NCBI GenBank assembly: GCA_951406725.2
Contig: OX597814.1
Location: forward strand, 25,172,001-25,236,000
Direction of reading: 5' to 3'
Origin: Octopus vulgaris
Lineage: Eukaryota
Length of the DNA: 64,000 nt
Under the pieces are notes generated by a model, which did not search any database, was not told where the DNA came from, and saw only the letters and a program-made list of their open reading frames with translations. The position numbers and the translations under genes are program-made. Below are positions 24,441 to 38,374 of this stretch, in pieces; within the stretch, counting starts at the first letter, position 1; every line of letters starts with the position of its first letter.

Positions 24441-24909
24441 CAATATGTTTATAGATTGATTATTAATCAGTATCTGAATGCTAAGACATGAGTTAGGTGG
24501 TTGTAGCCTAGCTTTGTACTGCTGGTTTGCCTGGAAGCAAGCTCCAATTGTGCATGCACTAAGTTCACTGCTGGGCTATAAACAATCTCCAATTATGCAA
24601 TTGTTCAGCTTTTGGCTGAGCTGGAAGTAAACTTTGATTGTATATATTTTAATTCTTCAGCTTGGCTGAAAGCAAGCTTTGATTGTGTATATGAGAAATT
24701 CTAAATATAAGGAAAATGCTTTTTAAAATTTTTTTGGTATCTTCCAAGAAATTGTCATATTCTTTTTAACCCAAGGTGATAAACATATTTTACATACCTT
24801 TCATACATACCTTTCATTCATCTCTTATCAGCCATCAATCTCCTCTGACACTCTTGTGAGCTTTATCCACTTACCCTTCCCAATCTTCTGTCCCCATTCT
24901 TTCTTCTAA

Positions 24910-25325
24910 ACATTCTTTTATTCTTGAACTTGTTTCAGTCATTTTCGACTGCAGCCATGCTGGAGCACTGCCTTAAAGGGTTTTAGTCAAAGAAATCAGC
25001 CCCAGGATTTATTGTTTGTAAGCCTAGTACTTATTCTATCAGTCTCTTTGCTTAACCACTAAGTTACTGAACCACTAAGCAAAAACACACCAGCATTGAT
25101 TATCAAGCGATGGCAGGGGGGTCAAGCACAGGCACACACACACACATACATATACACACGATGGGCTTCTTTCAGTTTCCATCTACCAACTCCACTCACT
25201 AGGCTTTGGTTGGCCCAAGACCATTGTAGAAGACACGTGCCCATGGTTCCAAACAGTGAGACTGAAGCCGGAACCATGTGGTTGGAAAGCAAGCATCTTA
25301 CAACACAGAAACATCTACATCTACA
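24910..25325 (-). mobile_element. SINE family A, full length
   Basis: Reverse complement of 17486-17850. Confidence 0.85.
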
Positions 25326-27219
25326 TCTTGTATCTTGAAAATATGTCCTGAACCTCATCATCACCATCTTTGGCTCTCTTTCCAGTTACTCTCATCCATC
25401 TTCATATAACATGGGATAACCATGTATCTCTTCCACAGCATAATTTAATCTCCCAACATGTGATGTAAAGCTGCCTCTTTTCCCAATACACAAAACTCAG
25501 TTAAGGTTTTCTTGTTAGTCTTATGATTTACATAGTAACCCTTTTTGTGGTTGCACCACAAAAAGCATCCAGTACACTCTGTAAAGTGGTTGGCAATACA
25601 CAAAAGCCACCAGTCATAGAAACTGTCAAAGTAGACCCTGGAGCTTGTTACAGTCAGCTGACTCTGGTTCCTGTTGAACCATCCAACTCATGTCAGTAAT
25701 GATGATGATGACGATGATGATGGTGGCAACGGCAGTGGTGATGGTGTTGGCAGCATGTCTATCCACTCTTTTTTGTTTCTAGACTATGATCCAATGTATC
25801 TATTTTATTTTTTATGATAGAAAGGTGTGTTCGGAGAGAGATTTTACTATATATTTTTCATAACTGCTCTCTCTCTCTTTCTCTCATTCAAAGGCCTGTC
25901 CTTGTCATATTGTGGCATATGGATTTAGCTTGAGTGTACATGTGTCTGTGGAATACACAGCCACTTACAGATTAATGTCTGAAGCAGGAATTCAGTTGGT
26001 CAGATAACTGCATACTCATTGCTGAAAGCAATGAAGTGTCCACAATACCAATGGGTGGGGGTGATGATAATGAAGATGTGACAGTATGATGGCATGATGA
26101 CAATGAAGCTGTTGTTTAGCCATTGGTCATCGATTATTGGGTGGACATATTACTAAAGGCATTTCAACTATGGCTATTCCATCTATTTTTCAGGAATGTT
26201 GAACCTGGGATGATATTATGCCTGCGTTCTTTCATTCTTAAGACAACAAAATGTGATTTCAAAGAAATTTGGTAGGCATTTCTAGCAGGTTGATTGACCA
26301 TATTGAGTCCCTCCATGTAGTTAAAATATGATTAAAATTGAAAGCTGTTAGTGGGAGGCAAAAAAGAAGTAAAGAAAGGGAATGATGGATGGAAGATGAA
26401 TGGCAGTTATTTTGTAGCTCCTGATGGGTTCTGAATGAGCAGACCTGTGAGGAAAGGCATTCCAGCTGCAACCATTCCATCTTTATTTCAGGTCTAGGAT
26501 TGTGTTCTTTACTTTTATATATTTAGTTAGTTAGTTTTGAAGTGTGATTTTTAGGGAGATATGGCTGCTATTTCTGCTGGGCAAGCGACCATGTAAAGGC
26601 TTCCCTCATGGGTTTCATTTCATGAATGGAAATAGATGAGTGGAGCAGAGGGGTAGCAGGTAAATGAGACTGAATAGAAAGATGAGGATGGAGTGTGTGT
26701 AAGGTGGGAGGTTGTAGGAATAAAGGCTACTATATTAGGGAGGAAGGAAATGCTGCAGAAGTAAATTATAAAGGCTGGAGAGTGAGAGGTGGGTGGAAAA
26801 AAGGTGGGGACAGAAGATAAATGGAATGGGGTGGCAAAGAATAGGGTGGATCAAAATTTAAGAGTAGCCATTTAAGGTGCTGAAAATAAAATAGTAATAA
26901 TAAATATTAAAAAGATAGGGGATGAGGAAGGCGGAGAGAAAGTGGAGAACAAATAGAATATGAATGGAGCTGGGATGAAATTTATGGATAGAATCTGGGG
27001 AAACACAAAAAAAAAAAAGGGAAAAAGAAAAGAATAAAATGTAGGAAAGCAAGGAGAAAAAGAAAGCAGAGAGAAAGGAAAGAAATACTAATGGCAAGGA
27101 AATAGCAACAGTGGTGGTTGTGGTGGTGGTGGTGGTGGTGGTGGTAGTGGTGATGGTACTGCTGCTGCTGGTTTTTGCGGTGCTGGTAGTGGTTGTTATG
27201 GTAGTATTCTTTTCTACTA

Positions 27220-27640
27220 TAAGCACAAGGCCCAAAATTTTGGGGTAAGGGACCAGTCAATTAGATCGACCCAAGTACACAACTGGTACTTAATTTATCA
27301 ACCCCTAAAGGATGAAAGGCAAATTCGACCTCAGTGGAATTTAAACTCAGAACCATAAAGACAGATGAAATGCCACTAAGCATTTCGCCTGGCATGCTAA
27401 TGTTTCTTATTTCTTTATTGCCCACAAGGGGCTAAACATAGAGGGGACAAACAAGGACAGAGAAAGTGATTAAGTCGATTATATCGACCCCAGTGCGTAA
27501 CTGGTACTTAATTTATCGCCCCCAAAAGATGAAAGGCAAAGTCGACCTCAGTGGAATTTAAACTCAGAACCATAAAGACAGATGAAATGCCACTAAGCAT
27601 TTCGCCTGGCATGCTAACGTTTCTGCCAACTCCCTGCCTT
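27220..27640 (-). mobile_element. SINE family B composite (two bodies, two different tails)
   Basis: Body duplicated (27265-27400 and 27483-27617) around an alternative tail tttcttatttctttattgcccacaagggg. Confidence 0.85.
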
Positions 27641-28312
27641 GTAGTTATGATGGTATTGTTTGTTATGGTGGTTTGTAGATGTGACAGTGATAGAGTGAGA
27701 GAATGCAGAGGGATTTGTTGTTGATGTTGTTGCTGTGTAGAAAAGGTCAGCTCTCATCAAGTGAACCTATGGTCAAAGTATTTCTGAATGTGACCAACTG
27801 ATGTGACCATCTCTTTCCATCTTTCTATCAGACACTGAATCTTAGATACATTTTCCTTTCTTTTTTTTTCTTTTTTTTTTTTTTGAAAACAGTAGAGTTT
27901 GACTTCAGGGATACTTGGTTGCTATTTCTAGCTGCTTCATAACTTCTTAGATATCTATTTCCTTATTAACTTAGACTCCATCTGTTGCACTAGTTTTATC
28001 AATAACGATGGTTGCAATTGTCTGTGAGTTAGGCACATTATGGTCGTTACTCACATGCACATGCACAGACACACTCAAACATGCACACACAAGGAGACAG
28101 GTACATACACACATGCAAACACACATAAAAATACACAAACGCACGAACACATGAATATGTAGAATACATACATATATACATACGCATACACACATACATA
28201 CATTTACATGCATACATACATACATGTGTATTCACACACACACTGACCCACACACATGTGCACAAACAAACAAAAAAGAACACACAGCTTGAATAATGGA
28301 CAGAGTCAACAA

Positions 28313-28349
28313 CTATTGAAAAGGTTGCGAGACACAACGAAAATTTTAG
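28313..28349 (+). ncRNA. Minimal hammerhead motif, U3-A8 variant, in PLE fragment 28300-28445
   Basis: cta-TTGAAAA-g-gttg(cgagaca)caac-GAAA-att-T-tag; palindromic AATT stem III. Confidence 0.5.
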
Positions 28350-30344
28350 AAAAATAAATAAGTAAATGAGTGGAAATTTTACCAGTGAGTGTGTTAAATC
28401 ATAAGGCGCAAAAAGAAAATGACTCTCTCCAGACACAACAGAACCTTAAAATGTTTATTAAAAAATTCCAAACAAGATCAGAAGCCTCTTAGTGTAAGTG
28501 ACTATGAAGGAGAAATTAAGATGAGAGGAATGAATTTACTTTAGACTTGAAAGATTTCAGGCCATTAGACGGAGAGGGTATGTAGCCTATTAATAAAGTT
28601 CAATCTACAAGTCTACATGGTTCATCATTTCAGATATGCCACACCTCCACCTAACTGAAGACTATATAAGTAAAGGTTAATCATAAGGGACACAATGTGA
28701 CAATCTGTACATGTTATACTCTATACATTGTCCAGTTCTCTGTAAACTTGCTACTGCTGCTGCAACTGCTGTTGTTGTTGTTAAGCAACAAGATGAGTAA
28801 GGGTGATTAGGTGATGGTCTAGGGCTTAGGGGCGGGAGACCCCAGACCTTGGAAAAAAGAAACTTTGGTCGTCTTGTAGTCGAGGGCTCTTCGTTGATGC
28901 CCGACACCACTGGGAGGTGGCCCTCAAAGTCGCTAGGAATGGAGATCTCCAGGTCCAAATTCTTGAACAGCTCTGCTGCTGCTGTTGTTGTTCTTGTTTA
29001 CCTCTGATCAGTTCTGATCCAGTAGGCTTACTATCAAATCTATTTCACCCATGACTGCCTCATATTTTTAATCAGATGAAGGGATGCATTATTCAATATG
29101 TCTCTGCCTTCAATTAAACAAAAGTGCACAGTCTGAGGGAGATTTGGTTTCTATTTCTAGCAGTTTGACTAATTTTATAGTGGTGACCTTGCATTGCTGT
29201 TGTGTAGCCTCAGATCAGCCCTGATTTTGATCTATGACCAAAAGTCTTCCAACCATTACAATCTAGTCTTTTTGTATAGGTAAGACTACATTGTCTGTTG
29301 TAATCTTAGATATGCAGTCCTTCATTTTTAAAGACAGCAGAGTATGATTTGAGAGTGATATGGCAGCTATTTTTTGCAGGTTGTGTGACCTCCTAAAGAC
29401 TCTCTTATTGGCTCACATGTGGTAGCTACAACAGAGCCAGGTATTGTATACTTGGTCACTGCCTCCCTTGTATAATGTTTGTCCTAATGGTACTCTATTC
29501 ATTTATATATGTAGAATTTTCATTTATAATTACTTGAGCACTGATGCTGTGTTCCACCCACATGTACACAATAGAATTTTCACACACCCTATCCCAACAA
29601 ACCAAGCTACACACCCCTTTCCTCAAACTGTTTCTCTTCACTTTCCCACATTTCCTCTTCATTCACCATGATTATCTCCCACTCCCTAATCCAGTTTTCA
29701 CTGCCCTGCTTGCTGTATCAGTGCTTCCCCAGTTCCCTCCCCCTCTACATGCCCAGATTCTCACCAGTCACAGCATTCTCCACTCCCACTTCTTGCTTGC
29801 AACTTCTTGGCAATACCCTGCCAGTACCTGCCACCATTCATTTCTCTCTTCCTTACTCTACCATCTCTATGCTCTGATCCCCTATTCCTTGCAAGTATAC
29901 CCTGGTACATGCTACCATCTCTCTCCAGCACTTGCTGTCTCCTACTCTCTCTCTCTCTCTTTCCCTTGCTCTTCCCTCTGACTGAGTAATTATGTATCTC
30001 TTCTATTTGTCTCTGCCCTCATTCTCTTGTACCCTCTCTCACCCCTTCTCTTACTTGTATCTCCTTTGCAACAGCACACATCTTTATTGTTAACTCCGCC
30101 TCCCTCTCTAAGTAACCATGTCCCTCCTCTTTAGCAACACACCTGTTTCTGCCCTCATTCTTGTTAACTCTCGCTCTCTTTCTCTCCTCTTCATCTCCCT
30201 CTCTTCCTCTCTCTCTCCTCCTCTCTCTCTTCCTCTATCTCTCTTTCCCTTTCTCGGGCTGGGTAACCATGTACATCCTCTACAACAAGACATCTGTTTC
30301 TGTCTCTCTGTCACACTCTAACTTTTCATTACATCTCTGCCAAT

Positions 30345-30687
30345 GTCCCCCTCGCCTCTCAAAGATTCCTTGTCTTGCAAAAGTTACTTGGTGACCCTGC
30401 CAGTGCTGGTGCCACTTAAAAAGCTCCCAGTCAAAATTTTTAAATAGTTGGCATTTGGAAAGACATCCAGCTGTAAAAACCATGCCAAAACTGACCTCGC
30501 CTGGGTTGGTGTCATGTAAAAAGCACTCTGCCCACTCAGTTGAGTCATTGGTGTTAGGAAGGGTATCCAACCGTAAAAATCATGCCAAAACAGACACAGA
30601 AGCATAATGCAGGTGCCTGCCTAGCCAGTTCCTGTCAAACCGTCCAACACAAGACAGCATGGTGGGAGGACATTAAACGACATTGTT

Positions 30688-30705
<18 letters not shown>
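30345..30705 (+). mobile_element. Retroposon family E with duplicated core
   Basis: ttggcatttggaaagacatccagctgtaaaaaccatgcc and ttggtgttaggaagggtatccaaccgtaaaaatcatgcc, ending ggacattaaacga..(GAT)n. Confidence 0.7.
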
Positions 30706-30950
<245 letters not shown>

Positions 30951-32544
30951 TTTTGTGTAGCATGTTATATATTCAGGACTCAGTTAACTAGTATTGTAAT
31001 CCTTTCCTTTCCAGGATGTTTATGTGGAACTTTGGAGAGATTTGGGTGCTATTTCTACTAAATCAAATAATCATTTAATCACATCTGGTTTCATTTGGTA
31101 ATAGTATTGTTGTTACCATTGTTGTTGTTGTTGCTAGCGGCGGCGGCGGTGGTGGTGGTGGTGGTGATTGTGGTGGTGGTGGTGGTGGTGATTGTGGTGG
31201 TGGTGGTGGTGAGATGGTGTTTATCTCTTTAAGATCTAAACTAGTAGATCTATGATTAAAAGAACAGTTCTATGTCCAACCCATTTCTTTTTGAAACATA
31301 GTGTACAGAGTGTGCCCTCACTTTTCAAAGATGACTGACTTCAATTTAGGCAGTTTTGGATGGCTTTTTTAGCATTTCTATTGACCACTTAGAGTTAAAC
31401 TTACTGAATTGTTGTTGTTGTTGCTTTTGTTATTGTTGTTGTTTACTCTCAGATCAGCTCTGATTAAACAAACTAATGATCAAAGATATTCCATTCATGA
31501 CTGCCCCATCTTCTATGTCTAAGACTACATTATCCAGTATGCCCTCTTGTAAAGCCTGATAGGGTGTGGCTTGAGGGTGATTTGGTTCTTGGTGGTTGTG
31601 GTAGAGGTGGTGACTTCATTTATATTCTGAATACAAATCCTTTAAGCTTAGACTTTACCTTTCATCTATGAATGGTGGGGAAGGCAATAAAGTTAGCAGC
31701 AATGTGCTGGGACAGTTTCAATTGACTATATTTTCACCCGAACAAAACTTGACCTTGTTTCTAGCCAAAAGAAATCCCTATTTATGAATGTGATTATGAT
31801 TTAGGGGTTTGTGTTATGAATAACTGTGATTTCAACACTGTGAGCCATTGTTTTGATAGTTAGTTTATTCATTCAGTTCAGCATTCCACCAACCAGCTGC
31901 TTTCCTTTGGTACATAATTTACAGCCTGCCAGAGGCTGTGCATGGTAGAATTAAATGCCTTGTCCGGTGACACATCATAGTTTTAGTAATGGAGTATGAA
32001 TTCCTGTCCACACAACCTTTCGGACTTCACAATGTTATTGCAATAAAAACAATTCTGATTTGCCTAAAGCTTGTGGAATTTGGCTGCAAGCTAAAATATT
32101 GGATCAAATATAACTAGACAGGAATGGCAGCAGCAGTAATAATGGTAATTACAGTTGTTGTTGCTGTTGTTGTCGTTTGGTGAATAGTCTAAATTGACTG
32201 TAACTAAGTAGTCTTGTGGCGTAGAACTGTGCTAGTTCCTAATTCTTAATAGGGACAGTTGTGGTGAGTGGGGTAAAATTCACTAACTCACCATGACCAA
32301 CATGGTTCAGATTTTGATGTTGTTTATTTGTGATATCGATTAAACAGAGCAGCTGATACCTTTCATCATTAGCAATGTCTTCACATACTTGCTGAATGAA
32401 AGATAAAAAAATACAACTTGTTTTTATCTTTAAAAAAGGATTTGTAGAAAATTAGTTATTGCTGAGAAAAGTTATTACAACAAATACTACATAAAAGGTT
32501 TCAAAATCAATCGTTGTTGATGTGTCACTAATAATAATTTCTAA

Positions 32545-33470
32545 AGAAGGTACAAGGCCATAAATTTTGTGGGGATGGGTTAGCTGATTAAATCAATTCA
32601 AGTACTTGGATAGTACTTCATTTTATTAATGTTAGAAGCATGAAAGGCAAGGTCAACCTCAACCGGATTTGAACTCAGAACATGAAAACCCAGAACAAAT
32701 AATCGCAAGGTATTTCATCTGATGCTCCAGTGATTCTGTCAGACCATTCTCTCTATGTGTGTCAGTAATGATAATATTTCCTTATATAGGTTACAAATAT
32801 AAGATGTGTGTGGTAACAATCAAACCAATTTCTTGACCATTATTTTATCAATTTTATCAAAGAGGAATGACAGATAAATTTGAACTTGGTGAGATTTGAA
32901 GTAAGAATATGAAGATACACAACTAAATGAAGCAAGGCATATTGTCTGTCATCACTCTGCTATTTCTACTTATTAAATTAATTTAAGATGAAGTCGGCAC
33001 TACTTCTTTCCTTTGCATATGAAATGAAAAGATATATTAGAAATTCTGAAATTAGATATAAAGCTACAAATTTTGGAGAAGTGATTGAAAAGAGGTTGAT
33101 TTTATCATCCCCAACATATCAGTAGAGCTTATTACTATTGGAAGAACAGAAAGCAAAGTAGATTTGGCGTGATTTGTGCTCAGAACATAAAGCAATATAA
33201 ATATATGTGTCATAAGTTATCAATTTAAAATTTTTTCCTCAAATTACTATTAGAAATACTCATATTAGTGTTTAACAGTGGCACAAGCCTACATATTTGC
33301 AGGAAATGTGTATTTGGGTTAATCAATTTCTGCCCTTTACCAGTTCTTAGCTCCATTAACTTGGCCGTATGAAGGGCAAAGTTTACTGTAACAAGATTTG
33401 AAACCTGGATGAAAATACTACAAGGCATTTATTTTGTCATATGCTCTAATGATTCAGCTAATTTGCCTGA
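32545..33470 (-). mobile_element. Four old SINE family B copies in the same orientation
   Basis: Recurrent gaaaggcaa..gatttgaactcagaacat-like motifs at ~32640, 32870, 33150 and 33370. Confidence 0.55.
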
Positions 33471-34439
33471 TAACTATACTAATATCAAAACTGCTTAAAT
33501 GCAAGAATACATATACTATTGATGTGTTGAATCTCTTTCTTTAGTCCAACATGATATGGTTTCTTCTCTAGAATCAGATACACATGTCAAGCACACTTTG
33601 GTGTTCTTATCATAGAATTTGTTGAAACTTGATCAAAAAACTTAAACATACATTGCAATATAATGAAATAATTATATAAAATCGCTTTACTTTCAGTAAT
33701 GACCCAAATGTGCCCACTTCTTTTTTTTTTATCATTATGTTGAGTGGGTCACCTAGTATTAGATGTTTTGGCAATGGATACTGCAAGTAATCTGATTATA
33801 TACAAACCACTATACCTCTAGTATCTTGACATCCTAGCAACACAATACTTGTCACACTTTCTGGCAGCAGATCAGCATAAACTTGATGGTATGGGAGTAG
33901 TAAAGATGCCTTAATCTAGTCAGTAGTACAAATTTCTGCCCTTGTTGACAATAAACGCTAAGACAAATTAGATGTAACAAATCATATGCAAAGACTAAAT
34001 ATGCTAATCAAGAAAAAACATCAACACATACAACATCGACCGAAAGAAAGTGTGTGTGTATATATATAATTGAAAAACAATCATGATTTGTTTAAATGCT
34101 AAAAATAAGTGGAAGTTCAGGTTTAACAGCTCCTGTTAGCTCATACTTTCCAGGCAAACAAGAAAGATGGAAAAAAGATTGCCAAAGTACATATATGAAA
34201 TAATCAGTCATTTTGTATATCTGTAACAAACCCATAAAAGATAGCAAACAATGCAAGTTAGTAGTAACTATTGTACAGCTATTAGGATAACAAAGCAAAA
34301 TCAAAAATTAAAAGAAAAAAAACCATGTTCCTATTCTATTTACAATGATGGAAAAAAAATCGCTGCTTTTTTTTTTTCCATACAAAATGTAATATAATTT
34401 ATCTGTGGTGAAAATATGCTTATCAATTCTCATCTGCAG

Positions 34440-35395
34440 ACACAAAATATGAATAATGGATAGTTCGCAATACTTATGAAATCAACCATCTTGTTTGAAA
34501 TAATACATTTGAGACAAAACACTTCAAATATTATATTTTCTTGCACACTCTTATCAGATATTACATTTTCTCAGTCTATAGTTATAGTTTTTACTGGACT
34601 AAAAACAGAAATATAATCATGCTACACAAATATTCTGTCAATATTACTCTATAGAAAGAATACTTCTCTGCTGAAATAACACCATATCATCATTAGCTGA
34701 TGTGTGCTTTCACATTTTCTCTCCTCACTGAAGTTTAGCAGTTATGGTGTTTTCTTTTGCTTTATATAGTTGAACGCCATTGATAATAAAAACTTAGAGT
34801 ATATTTACAAAATAATCTATGTTATGCTTTATTCTGATAATGTAGCACATTCTTGAGCTGTGGTTTTTCAACAATGAGCTACAGACTTTTAAAAATATAA
34901 TTTAAGCTTGTCATAAAAACTTTACTCTTGCTTGAATCTCTTGACACATAACTATGAGGATGATGATGATGATGATGATGATACTCCTCCCTCTCCCTTT
35001 CTCATCTTCATCATCATCATTTAATGGATTTGTTTTAAATCTATGAAAAATATCATTTATCAATTCTTACCTTGTAATCTGAATTCTACTGCTTTAAAAA
35101 AAATCATTTTTCAGAAAAGTAATATTTACAATAGTTTTGAAAGGAATTAATGATCACTTTGAGAATGTAGAATGTAGTCAGCATTTTTAGAATTGAGGGA
35201 TATACTGCAGATGATCTCTTTTGCTTAAGTGGTATGCATCAATTAGAACCATGTGTACATTGTTGGTATTCTGTTTTGCTTCCTTGTGAGCTATTGAAAA
35301 TAAGAATTCATATAGTTTTACATTTATTAAAACTATATAGTCTCCTATTCCTTGTTTCATAATCAATAACTTCTGGAAAAGTTTTCTAAATTTCA
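34440..35395 (-). pseudogene. Ginger2/KRBA2-like DDE integrase remnant
   Basis: Minus strand QKLL..LYEFLFSIAH...YHLSKRDHLQYI..C (HHCC-like), EFRLQ|gtaag, KTTAQECA (cf. KSKTAEEVA), INGVQ (cf. DNGREF); many stops. Confidence 0.45.
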
Positions 35396-36514
35396 CTGAA
35401 ATAAAATTCCACAGGAAAAAAATTGAAAAACAAATAAATGTTCACATTTGTAATGTGAAATTGCTGCTGACCATTTTGTTTGGAAGTTGAAATTTAAATA
35501 CAACACATATTAAAAGGTTTCTTCTTCCTAGCTCACCTTCAGTGATGTATTATGTTCTTGGAAAAGACAAATAACTCTTTAAAAAGAACCAGTTTATGTA
35601 GATGCAAATAGGAATCTTGGTCAATTCATGCTTACTGAATCATCGCAAACTTGAAAACTGATCTCTCGTACTACCATTAAGTGCTTAAAACTGTAAGCTC
35701 TGCTAATTCATTGTTATAAGCAGTAGGACTTTATTATCTTATAGTGCTGTATTCAAATTTTCCTATGTGAGTCATTTGCAGATTGACAGACTCCTGCATA
35801 TAGCATATATGAACAAGGTCTTGGTACTCCACTCAAAGCATTATTAGATTCTTCCAGTACTGTCTCATGCATTAATTTACTTGTGTTTTAATAATTTTAT
35901 TCGGTTATATTTAGTATACGTTGATGGATTGTGATCTTTAGTTCTGTTTATCCATTTCTTCCAGTCTACAAAGTTATGAATGCACAATTGCAGGAATTCA
36001 GGTACCATGCTAATGCACAGCTAATAAATGTATTTTACAGGTGCATGCCCTCTCACTAATAACCAATTAATTATTGATCTCTAGCATTGGCACAAGGCAG
36101 TCAGTTAGTTATTAACTATCATGTAGTGTCACTTTAGACAGAAAAAATATTAATAGAATTATGGATAGGCTTTTACATGAAGGCCTTTTATCATATATAT
36201 ATAATGTATTTTGAATTTATAATTTGTTTATGTAATTTGTCCTGTATAATAAGTAGATTTCCTGCTGAAAGGAAATATGTATTAAGCGATTTCATTATGC
36301 TGTCATGGATTCTGACATTTTAAAAGGAAAAAAAACCTGGTGAATAATTTAGATACTTCAAAGTTTCATTAGATATCTCTTAACAAATATCTCAAGATCA
36401 AACAATGTAACATTTTTAAAATCAGAATCAGCAAAATGTAACAAAATTAATTAATGTTCAACATTTGATACACCTACACATCATCTGTATTGTTACTATA
36501 TTAATATCAAAGAG

Positions 36515-36720
36515 TGATGGGTTAGCAGAATCGTTAGTATCAGATAAAATTTCTTGTGGTATTTAGTAACAGCCCTTTATATTCTGTGTTCAAACTTTGT
36601 TAAGGTCAGCTTTACTCTTTATTCTTCCAAGGTCAATAAAATAAGGCGCCAGTCAAGTACTGAGGCTGATTTAATCAACTACAATCTCTCTCAAAATATA
36701 TATCCATGTTTGTGCAAAAT
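36515..36720 (+). mobile_element. SINE family B (old)
   Basis: tagcagaatcgttag...gttcaaac...ggtcagctttactctttattc...ggtcaataaaataag. Confidence 0.6.
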
Positions 36721-37708
36721 GTTAAAAATCATATTAATGCCAAAGCTACTCAATGAAATATTGAAGATTAGCATTTTGTTTTATTTTAGAGCTGTTACTG
36801 TCTTTGCCTACTGAGAGAGAAGCACAAACTTAAATGTTGAAAGCATGGTGATTGCACTATAATGATTAAATAAAGAATATTGTTCAACATATTATTTGAA
36901 GTTAACCTAGTTGAAAGTATGTACTGACAGAAGTTTGTAACTTGGTGGTGGTAGGTATTAGAATAGACAGAAGAGCATTCATCTGTTAAATGTTTACTAT
37001 ATTTGTTCCATAAAAAAATCCACTTAATCTAAAATTTTATTTCAAATATTTGAATTTTTGAAATGATTCATCCATGAATTCATTGCAGAGTAGCCTGACA
37101 GAACTAGAACCCTTCAGAAGAAAAATGAAAATAAATAAACAAATGATAAATAACTGAATGGAAAATCTCCTTGTATCTCTTCTGAAATACCACTCACCAG
37201 ATATTCAGATATTTGTCTTGCAATGGAAGTTTCTTATTTATTTTGAAACTATTGAAATGTTTGATGGAAGAATAAGTGACAGATTAATCTCCTTCAAACA
37301 GGACAACATCCATAAAGCAATGGATATCTTAATGCACTAAAATCTTAAAATCTCATTATCAGCCTTTCTTTCAAGCTGTTGAATTACTGCAGGAATCTAT
37401 GAATAGCTTCGTAAGAAATAATTTTATTAAATGGTTGAAGCTGAGAAATAAATTCAACATAAATAAAAGTTTTAAAAGGGGGAAAAAAAAATCTGACTTA
37501 AGTGTTTGGTGGAGATTATTTCACTTTCTAACTTAGCTTCTAGTCATTGATTCCCATTTGCCATCTTGGCTGAGATAAGCATGTCATTCCAACTATGAAA
37601 CATTCAACTTGAAGTTACATATGTGGGTGTGTGTGTGTGCATACAATATGTATATACACACACACAACTTATATACACAATATGTATGCCTATATATATA
37701 TATATATG

Positions 37709-37800
<92 letters not shown>

Positions 37801-38119
37801 ACGATGATGATGATGATGATGATATGTGTGTGTGTGTGTGTATATATATATATAACCTTGCCTCTGTTTCCTCTCTACCGTTCCTACTTTCTTTTTATCT
37901 CTCTCTTCTCCCCTTCTACTCACCTATTCATAATGTCTAATTTTTAACCTGCTTGCTTGCTCCTCTCAAGAAATTATAAAGGTGAAAGTCCTTTTGAGTT
38001 TACAACTTAGCTTTGTTTTCTTCCACATATTTATTATAAAATGTATCCTATCTAAACATATGTGGGGAAATACATACTTGTATAATTATATATGTGCATG
38101 CATATGTGTATATATATAT

Positions 38120-38290
38120 ATAGTCAACCCAAACATGAACAAGCAAGAAAAAAATAACAACGTGAGGATGTAGAATAAGTACAGTGTTATTGGACACTCA
38201 GGAAAGGAAAGAAAAGAAAAAGGACTTCATGTTTCAAGAAGAGCTCTTTGTCAGAAATATAGAAAAAGTGCAAAGAAGGGAAGATGGAGT
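38120..38290 (-). mobile_element. PLE pseudo-LTR fragment (same family as 466-668) with decayed hammerhead at 38224-38258
   Basis: Minus strand ttt-CTGACAA-agagctcttctt-GAAA-catg. Confidence 0.6.
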
Positions 38291-38374
38291 GCTCCATGTC
38301 ATCAAAAATGATGGCTAATTGTAGTATTTTATATATAAATAAGTTACAAAACCAAGATTTTGGTTTAATAATTC

